From: Phoronis australis
Taxonomy: Eukaryota > Animalia > Phoronida
Length of the DNA: 64,000 nt
Direction of reading: 5' to 3'
NCBI GenBank assembly: GCA_002633005.1
Contig: NMRA01000746.1
Location: 62,001-126,000, forward strand
Part shown: positions 20,801 to 34,080 of the stretch, piece by piece
Numbering within the stretch: position 1 is the first letter of the stretch
Layout of the letters: each line of letters opens with the position of its first letter
The notes under the pieces: model-generated
Seen by the model: the letters and a program-made list of their open reading frames with translations, nothing else
What the model was told of the DNA's origin: nothing
Database searches by the model: none
Translations under genes and position numbers: made by a program

Positions 20801-22100
20801 CACAAAGCTAAGTTGTTTTCTTGTTTCGTTTGGGAAGTGTACATTAAACAAATGTGAAATTGTACAATTAATCAAATTATATCTCCCGTCTGTGGCATTT
20901 ATAGCTGAAATAATTTCAAAATCCAACTGTGGATGCAGTAAAATGGCAGTTCCTTTGCTATGATTTGTCCCATGACTTGCAATAATGGTTCCACCCCATT
21001 CACATTCCCATCTTGTAATACACTCCGCAGTACTGTATGTCTCTTGCAAATATGTTACGTCTTTTTTTATTTCAACCATTTGAAAAGTTGTAAACGTTTT
21101 GTTACTGAATTTATACCCCGGACATTTAGAGAATTATATATGAATTTGATGCTAACCATCGCAATATTGCAGAGAGGTATGGACGCATGCCTGAAATATA
21201 GCAGCAAAGTAATGTTCTAAGTAACTAATAACAAGTAAATGTAGGAGTATGTAAACACGTCTGTAATGTAAAAATCCACCAGCACACACATACATACACG
21301 CAGGTGAAGGGAGTCAAAAAGACATAATGCATACGTAACGAAACGTCATTTCTCACCAGCCAATAGTCATTACGCATGGGGTTCCGAATACAAGTGTACA
21401 ACTTCAATGTCTGTTTTCAGCTTCATCTTGAAATTACACATCATCACTGTCTGTTACCAGTTTAACTGTATTGTTGTTTACCAGGGCGAAGGTTCTCCCG
21501 TCTTTCGACCACGCACTTTTAACATTTGTTTTCTTGAATGTTGAACTCATGAAATGATAATTTTCCGCTGTGAGATCTTCAGATACAAAAAACTGAGAAA
21601 ATCTGGGAAAATATAGCATGGCGATAGCGGTAACTAACAAATTTCACTATACTAGGACGAGGTTTTTGTTGCCGGTTCGTAGAAGCGTTAGTGCTTGTAC
21701 TTCAGAATGATCTTCTTGCACTTTCACCAGTGGGCCTACCCACTCTGTGGGCTCTGTCTATATTATCAAGGTCAATGCTAACATTCAATTTGTCTTGGAA
21801 AAACTTCTGAATGATCGTATCGCAATTTTCATTTGTTCTTTCTTCTACGCCGTAAATGCAGATTGAATTCCTTCGCGAGTATCGTTCTAAATTATTTATC
21901 TTAGATTTTAAGGCACAATTTTCAGCTTTCACCGACTTCAGTTCGCTTTTCACTTCTTGCAATTCTTCTCTAATAACACTCCTGAGCGACATTATAATCC
22001 TATCCTCCATAGCTTCTAACTTCTTTTCAAGGTCAGCTATGTTTACTTCAGTTCGAAAACCCTTTTCAAAGACAGATTAAGTAATAACTGGCGAGATGAC
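17830..22100 (-). mobile_element. L1/Tx1-clade LINE, near full length but degenerate (ORF1 + APE endonuclease + RT)
   Basis: ORF1-like 22010-21434 (coiled coil, LERYSRRNSICIYGVEE, IDRAHRVG). ORF2 starts ~21159 (SLNVRGI, LQET, SHGTNHSKG, AGDFN), then WRPISLLN, GLRQGDP and QYADET. Many stops and frameshifts. Confidence 0.88.
18234..18373. repeat. Near-perfect inverted repeat (60-bp arms, 20-nt loop)
   Basis: 18234-18293 is the reverse complement of 18314-18373 with a single mismatch. Confidence 0.95.
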
Positions 22101-22533
22101 AAGGGTCTTTAACCCGTCATAGGTTGGATTATGAAAGGAACCACGTTGCAAACGATAGGAGCGCCAGTAAAATGAGAGTAAATGTGTGAACTCAAAATAC
22201 TTGTGTTTATTTTTGCAAATGGCGAAACCGGAAGGACTAACAAAAATAGTCAAACGAATAACTCGCGTACGAGTCCCTATTGACTATATGGTGGTCAAAT
22301 CTTGACATAAATGCTCACCAGATAAGGAGAACCAGAACTTGAAATACACTTCTTCTACGTTACGACGGTCGACTTGCACCAAAAACTAAAAGCTTGATGA
22401 TTATTTTGGGATACTGACAATTCCAAAAGGGTTGAAAAGCTGGTTTGTAGCGGCAGCAAAAAAATCAGCCTGTATGCTCATACAGCGCCACCTACAATTC
22501 ATGATAGTTGCAGGCCATGTCCTGGAAATGGGA

Positions 22534-25500
22534 TTATAACATGTCCGCAAGAGCGGCATTGGATGGGGGTATAATTCTGGCATCTTGCGGTTGCCATATA
22601 ATTTTGCCGCACACTGCATAAAAAAGCATTCTTGGGCATGCGATGTTGGGTAAGTTATCTTCTCTTTGCCTTCTTTCAAAGAGAGTTAGGAACATGTCCT
22701 CCATTAATGATCGCCTGATATCAGCCTCACTGTGAGCAGTTTGGTCTTCCGTTGGTAGCTGGAGACCCTCATTTCCTGGTGGGATGGGCTCAGCCATGTT
22801 GTCCTGAAGGGATGAGTCACTGACGAACACGTGACCGACTATGACTTGTGTGTCATCACTTCCATCAGGCATGTCATCACCATCATGGACCGCAGTTTCC
22901 TCTCCCGTGTTGTCGTTTTCATCATTTTGATGAGTGTGGTGGTGCTCCTCACTGACACCGAATTCAAAATGGTCGTCATCCTCAACGCAGGGATCATCAC
23001 AGAATATATGATCCTTGGACCATTGTATGAGGACTAGGTACCCAACCACGGTGGCCATGTAGGCTGGTATTAACACTAACGCCAAGCACGTTGCGGTGAT
23101 GGCAACAAGGAAATAGCTTCCTGTCTTTGTATACTCGAGACCATGTCCATCTGCAAAGAAATGCAGCAATCCTGATTTTTGAGTAAAATTATTTAAGCAA
23201 AACTTAAAGTTACCCAAGGGCCATCTTTTCAAGTGGGAGCTTCAGTGTGCATGCTTCATTTTCAATGTAATATTAATTGCTAAACCAGTCATATCATCAA
23301 GTATTTAAAAAATGATGCAGTAATACTAGCTTTTTGAATTCTGTTTGAATTATTAAGTTAAAAAGATTCACTTATGATTTGCCAACTAGTATAAGGAGGA
23401 AACAAATTTTGGAGTAATAACATGATTACCATCCTTTTGATAAATCATACTTATAACTTGGCCTTTAGTACTGCTGGGCTATATAATTGTGTTGTTAAAG
23501 TTTTGGTTTATTATACATGTTTCTCCCAGTCACACTGCATGGGTGGTACCAATAACAACAGTCTTTTCTTTTAAATGCACTTTTTTCTCTTGGCATCTTC
23601 ATTTCTCATACATTTTGATTTTACAAACTTTTCCACTCCACGTTAACCACAGTACTGTTGTACCTTAGGTGATGATAGATTGGATGTAAAGTACAGAGCA
23701 CGTGAAATAGACAGTGTGTTGTGTCAGTTGCATGATAAATAACGCATGCAGTTAAGGTCTCTTGTCAGAAAATGAAATGGAGTGCTTTATAGTGACGGAA
23801 ATGGTTTCATAAAATATAATTGTGGTGCATGAGAAAAGAACGATGGTGGCAAGGGTCATTGGTGATTGTCAACAATTCGGAAAGTAAAGAGAAAACTCAC
23901 CAACTGGAATGTCCTCGTTTGTGCTAGCAATAGGGTTGATGATGGTCCCCTGGTGTTGAGTTTGAGGCTCTCCTAAAAATATATGTACAGTACTGTTGTA
24001 TCATGCACACCAGTAAATCATATCTTCAACTTCCTGCTGTGTTTTTTTTATCATTATCTTGCATCAAGTGATTCTCAAAGTATTTAAAAAATCATTGATA
24101 GATATACCTTACTTTGTTTACACAGAAAAATCCGGAGAAATTTGAACTTATCTAACGAAGAATCCATAGACTGAGCAAATGGCAGTCTTATAGATACACA
24201 TTTTACTAGACATACACAGGCTGTTCATGTGTTCCCATTGCACTAATCACCTGGAACCATTTTTATGCTTTATTAAAACCGAGCTGAGGAGTTGAGTGAC
24301 CTGACTTAAGGTCTTAGACTAGTAGTGTAGCTGTGTAGCAGTGTGCCTCCTAATGGGACTCAAGCCCACAACCTTAATCATACACTTATCTCACTGGCCA
24401 CACTGTTTCGTTTGAGTTACCTTGCATATCATATTAATTGGTCTCAAGTTTGGCCAAAAATGCAAAAGCTGGTTCTAGTGTTTTTACCCCGACTTAGTTT
24501 GAGGCCTGCATTCACTGAAAAAAATGCTTTTCCCACAAAAGTTTCAGGAGTGTTCTTGCGTTTTTTTTGTACTAAGGCATGTAAGCAAGGTTAAGCAAGG
24601 TTTGAAATGTCATGATTTGCCAAGTGAAGAGTGAAAAAAATAAATCCTTCACCATTTTGCTTGTCTCGGGTGGTTTTTACGAAAACTAAGTAAAAAACAC
24701 AAGCAATCAATTCGATTGTCTAAAAAACACAGACCAGAAATGTTTGGCTGTACATCTGGCCATGAGGTCTAATCTTCATTCTTGAAATTGAACATAAAAA
24801 TATTTTTGATATTTTATGTTCTACATTTATTCTAATTCAAGATAACCATCTATTTTTCTATACTCGTGTACGCTATGGTTTATGTGGATAACTGTCTAGT
24901 CCTAGCTTGTACCTGATGACCCCAGCATGAATTTGATCTTCGAATTATTTTTGATATTCTATGTTGTACTTAAGTGAGAATTCAAGATAACCATTTATTT
25001 TTTTGTGCTTGGGTACGCTGTGGTTTATGTGGATAACCGTCTAATCCTAGGTCAGTTGAAATGTAAGTCCAGTATTGGGTTTTAATTCTTTCTATATCTA
25101 ATTCGTGCTTGGATTTGATGACCCTCAAAATTTCAAGAGGTCATCGAGAGCGAACTTTGACTAGACACTAATCAGCAAAAACCATAACATACTCAAGCAT
25201 GCAATAATAGATGCTTATCTTGATTTTGCACCAAAGGAGAATGTAAAATGACAAAAATAATCTCGAGTCCGATTTCAAGACCTGGTCCATGTAAGTTGGC
25301 GTCACGGGTACTTGTCAAAAGCATTCTTGTTTTTTGCATGCCCTCATTGGTTCACATCTGTATTTCAGTCTACTTTTGTTTTCGCATTTTCAACATTGAT
25401 GATCTTTCCTTAATGTATAAAATTTTGGATTCATTGTTGCCTTATTTTCTCACAAGGATTGGGCGCGGTCTAACTCGAGATTGAACCGGAAAGTACTTTT

Positions 25501-26330
25501 GACATTTTCCACTCTTCTTCAATATGAACCGATGGTAATTAGATATTATTCCGTGCTCAGTATATTATGGATTATAAAAATGCCCATGTAGTCCAAATTC
25601 GCTCTTGATAACTTAAAGAATCGAGCTACAAACCCGAGTCAAAACTTGTGATTTCGAGCAAAAACTCGGGATTTTTAGTTCAGACTCAAACTTCTCGCTT
25701 TAATGCTAAGGTCATCTAGTACAAGATCCACATAAACCATAAAGTACTCAAGTACTAAATGACATATACTTACTTTGAATTCCTAGTAAAATGTAGCGGA
25801 TACTGTTAAAAATAATTTCAATTTTAATTTCCAGTAAAAAGATTAGACCCTGAGCCCAGGTGTAGTCATTGTGAAGTCATTGCAAATCATGATGTAAACC
25901 TTCAGTTGTTAAAACCATAGAACTCTAGCCCTGAAATGCCAAGTCAGATATCACAGCCGCTGAGGTTGTGCCGCGCATGCGTGATGATTATGTTTGTAAT
26001 AGTTTGTTCCGGCATGTTTATTTGCTATGGAATTTACTGTCGTTAAAACTTTTTGCAACTCCACCAATTTTCAACCGAAATGCATCAGAACCATATCATT
26101 AGAAGGTCCTTTGTCTGTTCTTGATTATACCAGAAGCAAAAGATAAATAACAGGTAAACGTTGCACAAATGAATTATAATTATAGAAACAATTGAAGACG
26201 GCAATAATACACACATGCACAAAGTTAACGCACACACACACACGTACAATCACATTCGCACTGACACACGCACAAACACACATGCACAAACATGCAATAT
26301 TTTGTACAAATGCGTGCACACACATACGCA

Positions 26331-26368
<38 letters not shown>

Positions 26369-27330
26369 TACACTTAGCTAAGCAATTATGAGTAATTTAT
26401 TGAAAGTTGCATACACATCTATTTTAAGGCCTAAACTTTTCATTTCGGTCAAATGTAACTTCTGTATAATCCTGTTACGGGATTGTATTGTCTATCGGCA
26501 TGTGGTGTGATACGTTGTCGAAAGTGGTTATTCCGACTGCAGCTGTAAAGATATCCACCCAGAGCCACAGGTAGTTGCTATATACAGATTGGTCAGTGTG
26601 TCAGGTTTTTTGACTAGCTTTGTAGAGAAATCACTGATTGTACAGAACCCTGCCTTAAGAGTCTTGCTTGATGAACAATAATAAATGAAAATGAAGCAAT
26701 GAAATTGGGCTTGAATTTGAATTGGCATTCCGGGGCTATAGTTCTATGATAAAACAGCAATAAATTCTAATTTAAGCATGTTCTAAAATACGTCAGCTTA
26801 ATCTTTGATACCTACCACCATCAGTCTGAGATTGCCATCCACTGTCTCCATCATCTGAAAAAGTCAGCAGTTTGTTGACAGCGCCAAAGACATAGTCTGT
26901 TTTTGCAGTGTTTTTACGATCAAAGTTGTGTGGCAGGATGGATAGTGAGGCAATGTTGACAGTTCTATCCAGTACTCATTTATTACTCAATGGAAAAGAC
27001 CTTTAGATTGCACCATAACCATTTTTTGTTATGCCTATTATTTGAAACGCCCAACATTTGATAGTTTGAGGCAAAGTATATTGTTTTGAAATTGGGTACT
27101 GAATGAAAGCAGCCCTTCAGTTTTGTGATTATCTGGAGAGCTACCCGGCGGGTATTTGAATTAGTGTGGGTTCGTTAATACAGTTGATTTAGTTTGTAAA
27201 AGATCAAATCCTGTTTGCTTAGCAATGGCATGAAAAGCATCATATTACCTTGTATATTTTGTGTTATCCTGTTTGAATTCATCTTTTCTGTAGTAAGTTT
27301 GCAGTCTGTCACAACAAAGCATGCAGCCAT
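22534..27330 (-). CDS. Uncharacterised membrane-associated protein, paralog B (~269 aa, at least 4 coding exons)
   Basis: Exons 27330-27249 (MAACF...NIQ, Kozak aaaATGG), 26854-26816 (DDGDSGWQSQTDG), 23972-23901 (EPQTQHQ...DIPV) and 23150-22534, all joined in phase 1 with GT-AG. The terminal exon is clearly homologous to 34081-34619 (VAITATCLAL..IP.Y; RRSLMED; GKIIWQPQDAR). AATAAA at ~22206. Confidence 0.65.
24597..25902. mobile_element. Foldback-type element with long imperfect inverted repeats and internal tandem subrepeats, in an intron of paralog B
   Basis: Ends aggtttgaaatgtcatgatttgc and gcaaatcatgatgtaaacct. 24745-24930 is duplicated at ~24930-25050 and inverted at ~25150-25290 and ~25710-25865. 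Confidence 0.6.
26205..26373. repeat. (CA)n microsatellite, imperfect
   Basis: Pure CA run at ~26335-26363 with degenerate flanks. Confidence 0.9.
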
Positions 27331-29069
27331 TTTGACGGATTGGATGCTTCGGTATTCGACGAGATATTTTTTCCGGAATTGACGTCATTGAATGTGACTT
27401 CATTGACTTTGACCTGATTTACATCCTCCTAGCTTAATGCTACCTTTTGTGGCCATTGTATGATACAACCCCCATAAGAAGCATTCTATTTGCAGTGCAG
27501 TCATGGGCACTTCTAAATGCTTTGCTGCTTTTTTGATGACTGTCATGGTTCAGATAATTTTTTTCTTGCATATTTTGACTTATAAGTCTAAGTGTAGCTG
27601 GGTGGCAGTTAAATAAAACTATAAGCCATTTGAAATGCATAGTTCTCTCAAACACAGTTATAGTAGACCATGCCATATTGCTGTTGTCATATCTCAGAAA
27701 TGCAAAGCAAATATGATATTTCACGGAAAGTGCACTTAACGACCATCGAAACGTAGTCACGTCGTAAGGGCCCTTGGCTAAATTATTTTGCATTTATTGT
27801 GGCATTTTCTTTAAGCCCACTCATCAATTGACCTATTGCCAGGATTTTGAGTGATGGCTCAACTGACCAATAAGGACGCAGCATTGTTGACACACCTTCA
27901 TTTCCAAGCCACCATTTTACGCGTCAACACGCTGCTGGGTAAAACTTATTAGTTGTTTGTCGTCATTATGCAAGGGGGCGGAGCTTGTGATAGGTCAGCT
28001 ACTAACCCATTCACATCTGGCGGTCTGAGCTTCAATTGTCAACTCTGATAAGTTATCTCCACTTAAGTCATCTTGTACTTCTTAATATTCGTTGATACGA
28101 CTGGGTACACTGGTAAGATATTCCGCAGCAAAATTATCAGTTGTTCTCAAGTGAAGATAAAATGACGAGAAGACTTGAGAATGAAACAAGTATGTTTCGA
28201 AATATCGTGTGTCTTTTAATTATTTCGCTAGGCCAGTTACTGTATCTATGTTCAGTTGAAAGTAGAGTTTTGTTCCGAAAGTACAAACATAACGGAATAA
28301 AGACTGTGAACTATGAAAAGTGTGGTGCATTTAACAAATTCTGTATAACCGAAAACTTGCTCCTGAAGTACAGCCAGTTGTTCGGGAGTAAACCAAAGGT
28401 ATGATCTGTTTGACAGTTTGAGGCCTTGATATCAATGTAAAATGACAACATTTTGGGTGATTAACTTCATATTGTTTTCTTCATTTACAATAATTCTTCA
28501 CATATTGTGCGCACAATAATGGTTCACTTCTGAAATTTTAGTTTTTGAATTTTCTCCATTTTATTACTGCAAGAAAAATTTATTCTGTTGATAACGTCGT
28601 CGTTTATACAGTGTAATTTCATAAAGTACCTTTTGACAAATTTTCCGTTACTTGCAGTAAAGCAGTGAGCGTTTGAAAGATGTAAAAACCATTTTTGAAA
28701 TTATTTTCCTGCGAAATAAATGGAAGTTGCCATAGAGTGACAATGAAAGAAAACTGTTTTTACGTGATAAGGTAGCATAAAGTTTTGTTGCTGGCCAGTG
28801 GTTGTGTGGTGTTGGGGAAAAAAATATTGCACGACTATGAGTCTTCTCAGCAAAGTCATATTTCCTTAGGTGACATGGTTTCCTCCACATCCATACCACA
28901 TTGTTTAATTCATATCACTGAGATAGTAAAAATAAAGAAAACATTTGCGAAAAGTCATAATAATCAGTGAATTTCATTTTGGATTTTAATTATTATTTTT
29001 ACATAGGAAAAGTTTCTTATGCACTCACGTATACAATTAGTGGAATTCTCCAGTGTTTGTTTGAGGTAT

Positions 29070-29998
29070 TTTGCGCCACCTACTGGCCACTTTTATTATT
29101 TTCTGTTTTTGGGCATCCGCCCCTCTATCAACCAAACCACTCTTTGGATGATTCAAAATTGGCATGTATGTTGTGCAGGTGAAAAGGACAGTTGACTACT
29201 GGGGCGCTTCCTTATCACAGTTTGTTCTTTTAGCACCCATAGCTCTATCTCCTGAACCCACTGCAGGACCTGTCAAATTTAGCGTCTCTTCATGAAGTTG
29301 ACAACAAACAAGGACGACTTTCAGGTGGATCTGACAAATGCTCTGCTCCCTATTGGAAATTTCGTTTTTCCCCCGTTTTTCTCTGTTTCTCTGAAGTTCC
29401 TTGATGAATTTTTATGAAATTGGTAAACTACTCTCCATTAAAAATGCAATGGCATGTTCCCATTCTCGTATGGATTCGACGAATTTTGCGTTAACAAGTG
29501 GCCATTTTTACTGTTTTCTAGTCTGATTTTCGATCCGCCCTTCTATCAACCAAATTACTCTTAGGATGTTTGTGATAATTGGTATATATATTCTTAGTGT
29601 TAAGAGAATGGTTGACGATGATTTTCTGATGACTTCTACTGTGGTGCCTCCTAGTGGCGTTTTTTTGGGGGGGGCCCATAGGTGTATCTCCTAAACCCAC
29701 TGCAAGGTCTTTATGTACTTATATGAAGTTGACAACGCAATGACAATAACTTTCATACGCATCCAACCAACACTCAATGCCCCCTTTTGTGCGTTTTCCT
29801 TTTTCTCTGAAATTCCTTGATGGATTTAAGAAATTTGGTAAATAGGTTTCCATTAAAGAAGCGATGGCATGTTCCCGTTTTTGGATGGATTCAACGTGTT
29901 TTGCGCCATTTAGTGACCGTTTTTATAATACAAATAAACATCGAGAAGCACACTGTTTGCAGTGCTTTCGTGGGCGCATTTCAACGCTCTTGTTTTTT
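29070..29998 (+). mobile_element. HINE/DINE-1-like (Helentron-associated) repeat, 5'-truncated copy
   Basis: Same subunits as 32265-33975 (ctatcaaccaaa, cctagtggc) and the 3' end gtgggcgcatttcaacgctcttgttt. Confidence 0.7.
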
Positions 29999-30407
29999 TA
30001 GGTAAATATTTTCTTTCTCGAAAGAAAGAAAATAACAGCATTGCTAACTAATAAGTTTCTAGGAATGGAAAAGGTACAACATTCACGGACCATTCATAAA
30101 CCCACGCACTCTTTAATGAACAAGGTACTTCTCAAATTATACGTGACGGTCTCTATATCTATTAGTATTTACAGAGGGCCTCCCAAAAGGTGAAATTCAG
30201 GGTTTTTAAGACTGATGCTTTCGTCTAACTTGAATAAAATAATACAAAGAATATTAAAAATTTTCGAATGTAGGCTTGCTGTGGTCTAAAGATGATTGAA
30301 ATATAAAAGTATTGGCATAAAGTTTGTGCAGGACAGTATTAACCTTTTCACAGTTAGGTCCTAAATAAATGTTTAAAATTTTAGTTTTTACCAAATCTAT
30401 TACTTAA

Positions 30408-31946
30408 AGGAGAATGCCACCCGATTTAATTAGTCTTTTTTGCCATCTTAATCGGTCTATATCCACATCGCCTCGCATACGGTCGACCTTACCTTGCCAA
30501 GAGGTGTCGCGTTAACCTGTGAGGAGGGTGAGAAACGACGCTAGCGACGTCAGTGGTTCATATGCAGAGTGAATGCCGCTATGTTGCGGTGCATCGTTCC
30601 CGCTTGTCCGAACTAAGCAGCTGCGAGGAAAGCGGGTATACCTTTTTTTTACTTCCTCGAGAGTCCGAAATGCTTAGGAAGTGGCTCATGGTAGTGAAGA
30701 ATGAAATGTACGCTGTAAATAGCAAGTATGAGGCGATGAAACATCTCCGTGTCTGCGGCCTGCAGACGTCGACAGTGCCTGACGAATGCCGGCTTACCAA
30801 ATAACTCCATACGTTCCGTTGTCTTAGCTTGTTCACGGCGCCTCTCTAGTATTTCTTCATCACTATTCCTGTTCGAATTGATAGCCTGTAAAACTTAACA
30901 ATCCACCTGCGAAGTCGGGACTGATGAGCTCTAGCTCGTCTAAGTCGGGACTGCGAGTTGCCATGTTGGCCTTTATTACTGAGCGTTCTGTTTCAAAATG
31001 AATTATTCTCGCCCTAACCAATACTTACATAAAACTGAAACAAAGTCTGTCTCATTAGATGCAATTTGTAATGCCTTTGGAGTGTTCGTTAGTGCAAATG
31101 ATTTGAGAAGCCAGCAATGAATAAATCACTGCGTTACTGGCTTTAGGTGCAATAAAACTAATTGACAGGACACCGAGGCCGTGTGAGCTCATGCTAATTT
31201 AGTGTTTGCTGGCAGAAACTGTTGTGAAACAACTCGATTTCCATCCCAACGCCGGGTGTTAGAGGAATCTTTATTTACATTTACATTACTCAAATAATGA
31301 TTGTCAATGTACAACTTCTGCCCTGACGGTGCTGTGGCTAGGGCGGAGCCTGAATTCGCGGCCCCCGACGAGTAAGTAGATATCCAGTTTCGTGGTTAAT
31401 TTACCAACATAATCCACTGAACTTTGGCTGGTTTATGTTCCTGATGTCTGATCAGTTTCCGAGCCATTGGCCGGGATGGTGAACGAGTCAATCCGGCCGG
31501 CCCGGCGATGGGCAAGTCTAAACAACACAGATCTAGGTTCTCCTGTCTGTATCTCACGGAAAATACTTTGAAATTATCTCCGAACAGACCTTATTGGCCT
31601 GCCGAACTTCGTAGGCTACGTTGTGTTCAAATACCAATAAATCCGTAAGAGCGAAATAAAACAACACGTTTTTATAAGAACTTGGTGTATTTTTAAGGGT
31701 TTTACATCGAAGTTTGATCATTTATTGGTGTTAAACGATGACTTCAAGCGATAAGCTGACACCAGTAACCCGTGTTGAGAACTGCTGAACAGACTGCGTG
31801 TGAAACCGATGACATCATTGGATAATTTCAGCACCTCCGTCTGCCGTCAGGTGTCAGGTAACGCAACCGTACGTGTCGTTATGGAGTAGAGCTACTCGAT
31901 CTAAATTCAGATACAAATTAGGTTGTTTTTTGGGTGGCATGCTCCT
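30408..31946 (+). mobile_element. Non-autonomous Kolobok-type DNA transposon with a THAP-like remnant
   Basis: TTAA target duplication at 30404-30407 and 31947-31950; TIR AGGAGAATGCCACCC / AGGAGCATGCCACCC. 30553-30804 encodes GYTFFLLPRESEMLRKWLMVV...LRVCGL, like the THAP pattern FFxFP...KW...RVC but with metal ligands decayed. Confidence 0.8.
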
Positions 31947-32264
31947 TTAACAAACCTTGAACTTTGGAACACCGCGCCTGTACAAGTGAACAGTCTAAAC
32001 AAATGATCAAAAGTTTCAACAGCATTACTGGACAAACAACTACCATCTTTAGCAATCCTCATCTCTTTCAAGTGGTGGTTTGTGTAAACTTTTCTGTTTA
32101 CATAATATTTAAAAGTTTTAACTTTGGGAAGGACTGTCAAGTCTGAATGGCAGTAGGTGAATCTTTCCAATTTTTTGGTCTGAATAAATATCACTTAATC
32201 TGTGGTAAGTAATGTCCTGATTTACCTTTTTTGATAACTCTTCACCTGTTCATAGTAGTTTCCC

Positions 32265-33975
32265 TTTTTATGCGCCCACATATTTATATGTGGACGCATT
32301 ATGCCGTCATCTCCGTCCGTCCGGCCGTCCAGCGTCCGCTGCTCTATCTCCAAAACCCGTTGACATATGTTCATGAACTTTGGCACATATGGTCCATTCA
32401 TGATTGGGACAGCATGAGGGAACTTTCGGACGGATCCGAATACCGGTGTGCCCCCTAGTGGCAATTTTAGTTTTTTACCCTTACCTTAGTATCTTCAAAA
32501 GTTCTTAACAGATTTTCATAAATTTGGTATGTAGGCACCTATTAGTGAGATGACGCTATCCTCCCGTTTTCAGATGGATTCAACGTAGTTTGCACCACCT
32601 AGTGCCCATTTTTACTGTTTTCGAGTCTGTTTCTTGTGTCCACTCATCTATCAACCAAACCGCTCAAAGTATCAAAGGATGATTGTGAAAATTGGTATGT
32701 ATGTTCTTACTATGAAGAGGACGGTTAACGATGATTTTCAGAGTACTGTGGCGCCTTCTAGTGGCAGGTTTTTTTGCGCCTATGGCTGTATCTCCTAAAC
32801 CGTTCGCAGTATCTTTACGAAATTTAGTAAGTATGTTTATATGATGTTAACAACAGACGACGACGACTTTCGGACAGATCTGACTACTGGTGTGCCACCT
32901 AGTTGCAATTTTATTTTTTTACATTTACCTCTGTATCTTCAAAGATCCTTATCGTATTTTCATGAAGTTTGGCATATAGGCATCTATTAATGAGGTGTCG
33001 CTATCTCTCCGTCTTCAGATGAATTTGACCTAGTTTGCACCACCTAGTGGCCATTTTTACTGTTTTCAAGTCTTTTGGCGTCCAGTAATCTATCAACCAA
33101 ACCGTTTCTAGGGTAAATGTGAAAATTGGCATGTAGGTTTTTACTATGAAGTGGGCGGCTGATGATGATTTTTTGACTACTTCGACTACTGGGGCGCCTC
33201 CTAGTGGCATTTTTTTGCGCTCATGATTGTCTCCTAAATAGTTTGCAGGATCTTTATTTAATTTAGCAAGTGTATTTATATGATGTTGGCTACGGCCGAT
33301 GACTGCTTTCGAACAGATCTGGCTACTGCTGTTACCCCCTAGTGACAATTTTAGTTTTTTACGTTTAACGCTGTATCTTCAAAGGTCCTCAGCAGATTTC
33401 ATAAAGTTTTAAATATAGATATCTATTGGTATGATGATGCTATGTTCCTGTTTTTGGATGGAATCGAGGTATTTTGCACCACCTAGTGGCCGTTTTTGCT
33501 GTTTTCAAATCTTGTTTTTGGCATCCACCCCTGTATCAACCAAATCATTTTAAAATTGGCATATATGCTCTCAGTGTGAAGACGACCCTTGATGATGGTG
33601 ACTGACTACTGTGGCGCCTCCTCGTGGTAGTTTTGTTTTGCGCCCATAGTTGTATCTCCTAAACCCACTGCAGGATCTTTGTTAAATTTAGTAAGTGTAT
33701 TAATATGAAGATAACAACAAACGACGACGACTTTCAGGCGGATCCAGTGGACACTGTGCCCACTAGTGGCAATTTCATTTTATTCTGTTTTCCTTTGTTT
33801 CTCTGAAGTTCCTTGACTGATTTTTAAGAAATATGGCATGTTCCTGTTTTTGGATGGATTGTATGTTTTTGCGCCATCTAGTGGCCATTTTTATGATACA
33901 AATAAATATCCCTAAAAGCACACCATTTGCAATGCATTCGTGGGCGCATTTCAACGCTCCGTGTTGCTCTTGTTT
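32265..33975 (+). mobile_element. Full-length HINE/DINE-1-like non-autonomous Helentron element with ~440-bp internal tandem repeats
   Basis: 5' T-run, subTIR TGCGCCCAC with adjacent partial inverted copy, and a (GTCC)-like microsatellite. Central repeats recur at ~32648, 33091 and 33533. The 3' end has inverted subTIR GTGGGCGCA, hairpin CAACGCTCCGTGTTG and CTTGTTT. Confidence 0.8.
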
Positions 33976-34080
33976 AAATCATGGTGCAGAACAATGGAGA
34001 TTCAAGAAATGTGAACAGTTGCATACTGTACATATTTATTTAAAAAAACTTGTACTACACATTTTGGTGTTCTATTGAAG

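Noticed and set aside
26125-26377. CV/HT-rich ORFs
   Set aside because: These are translations of the (CA)n microsatellite.
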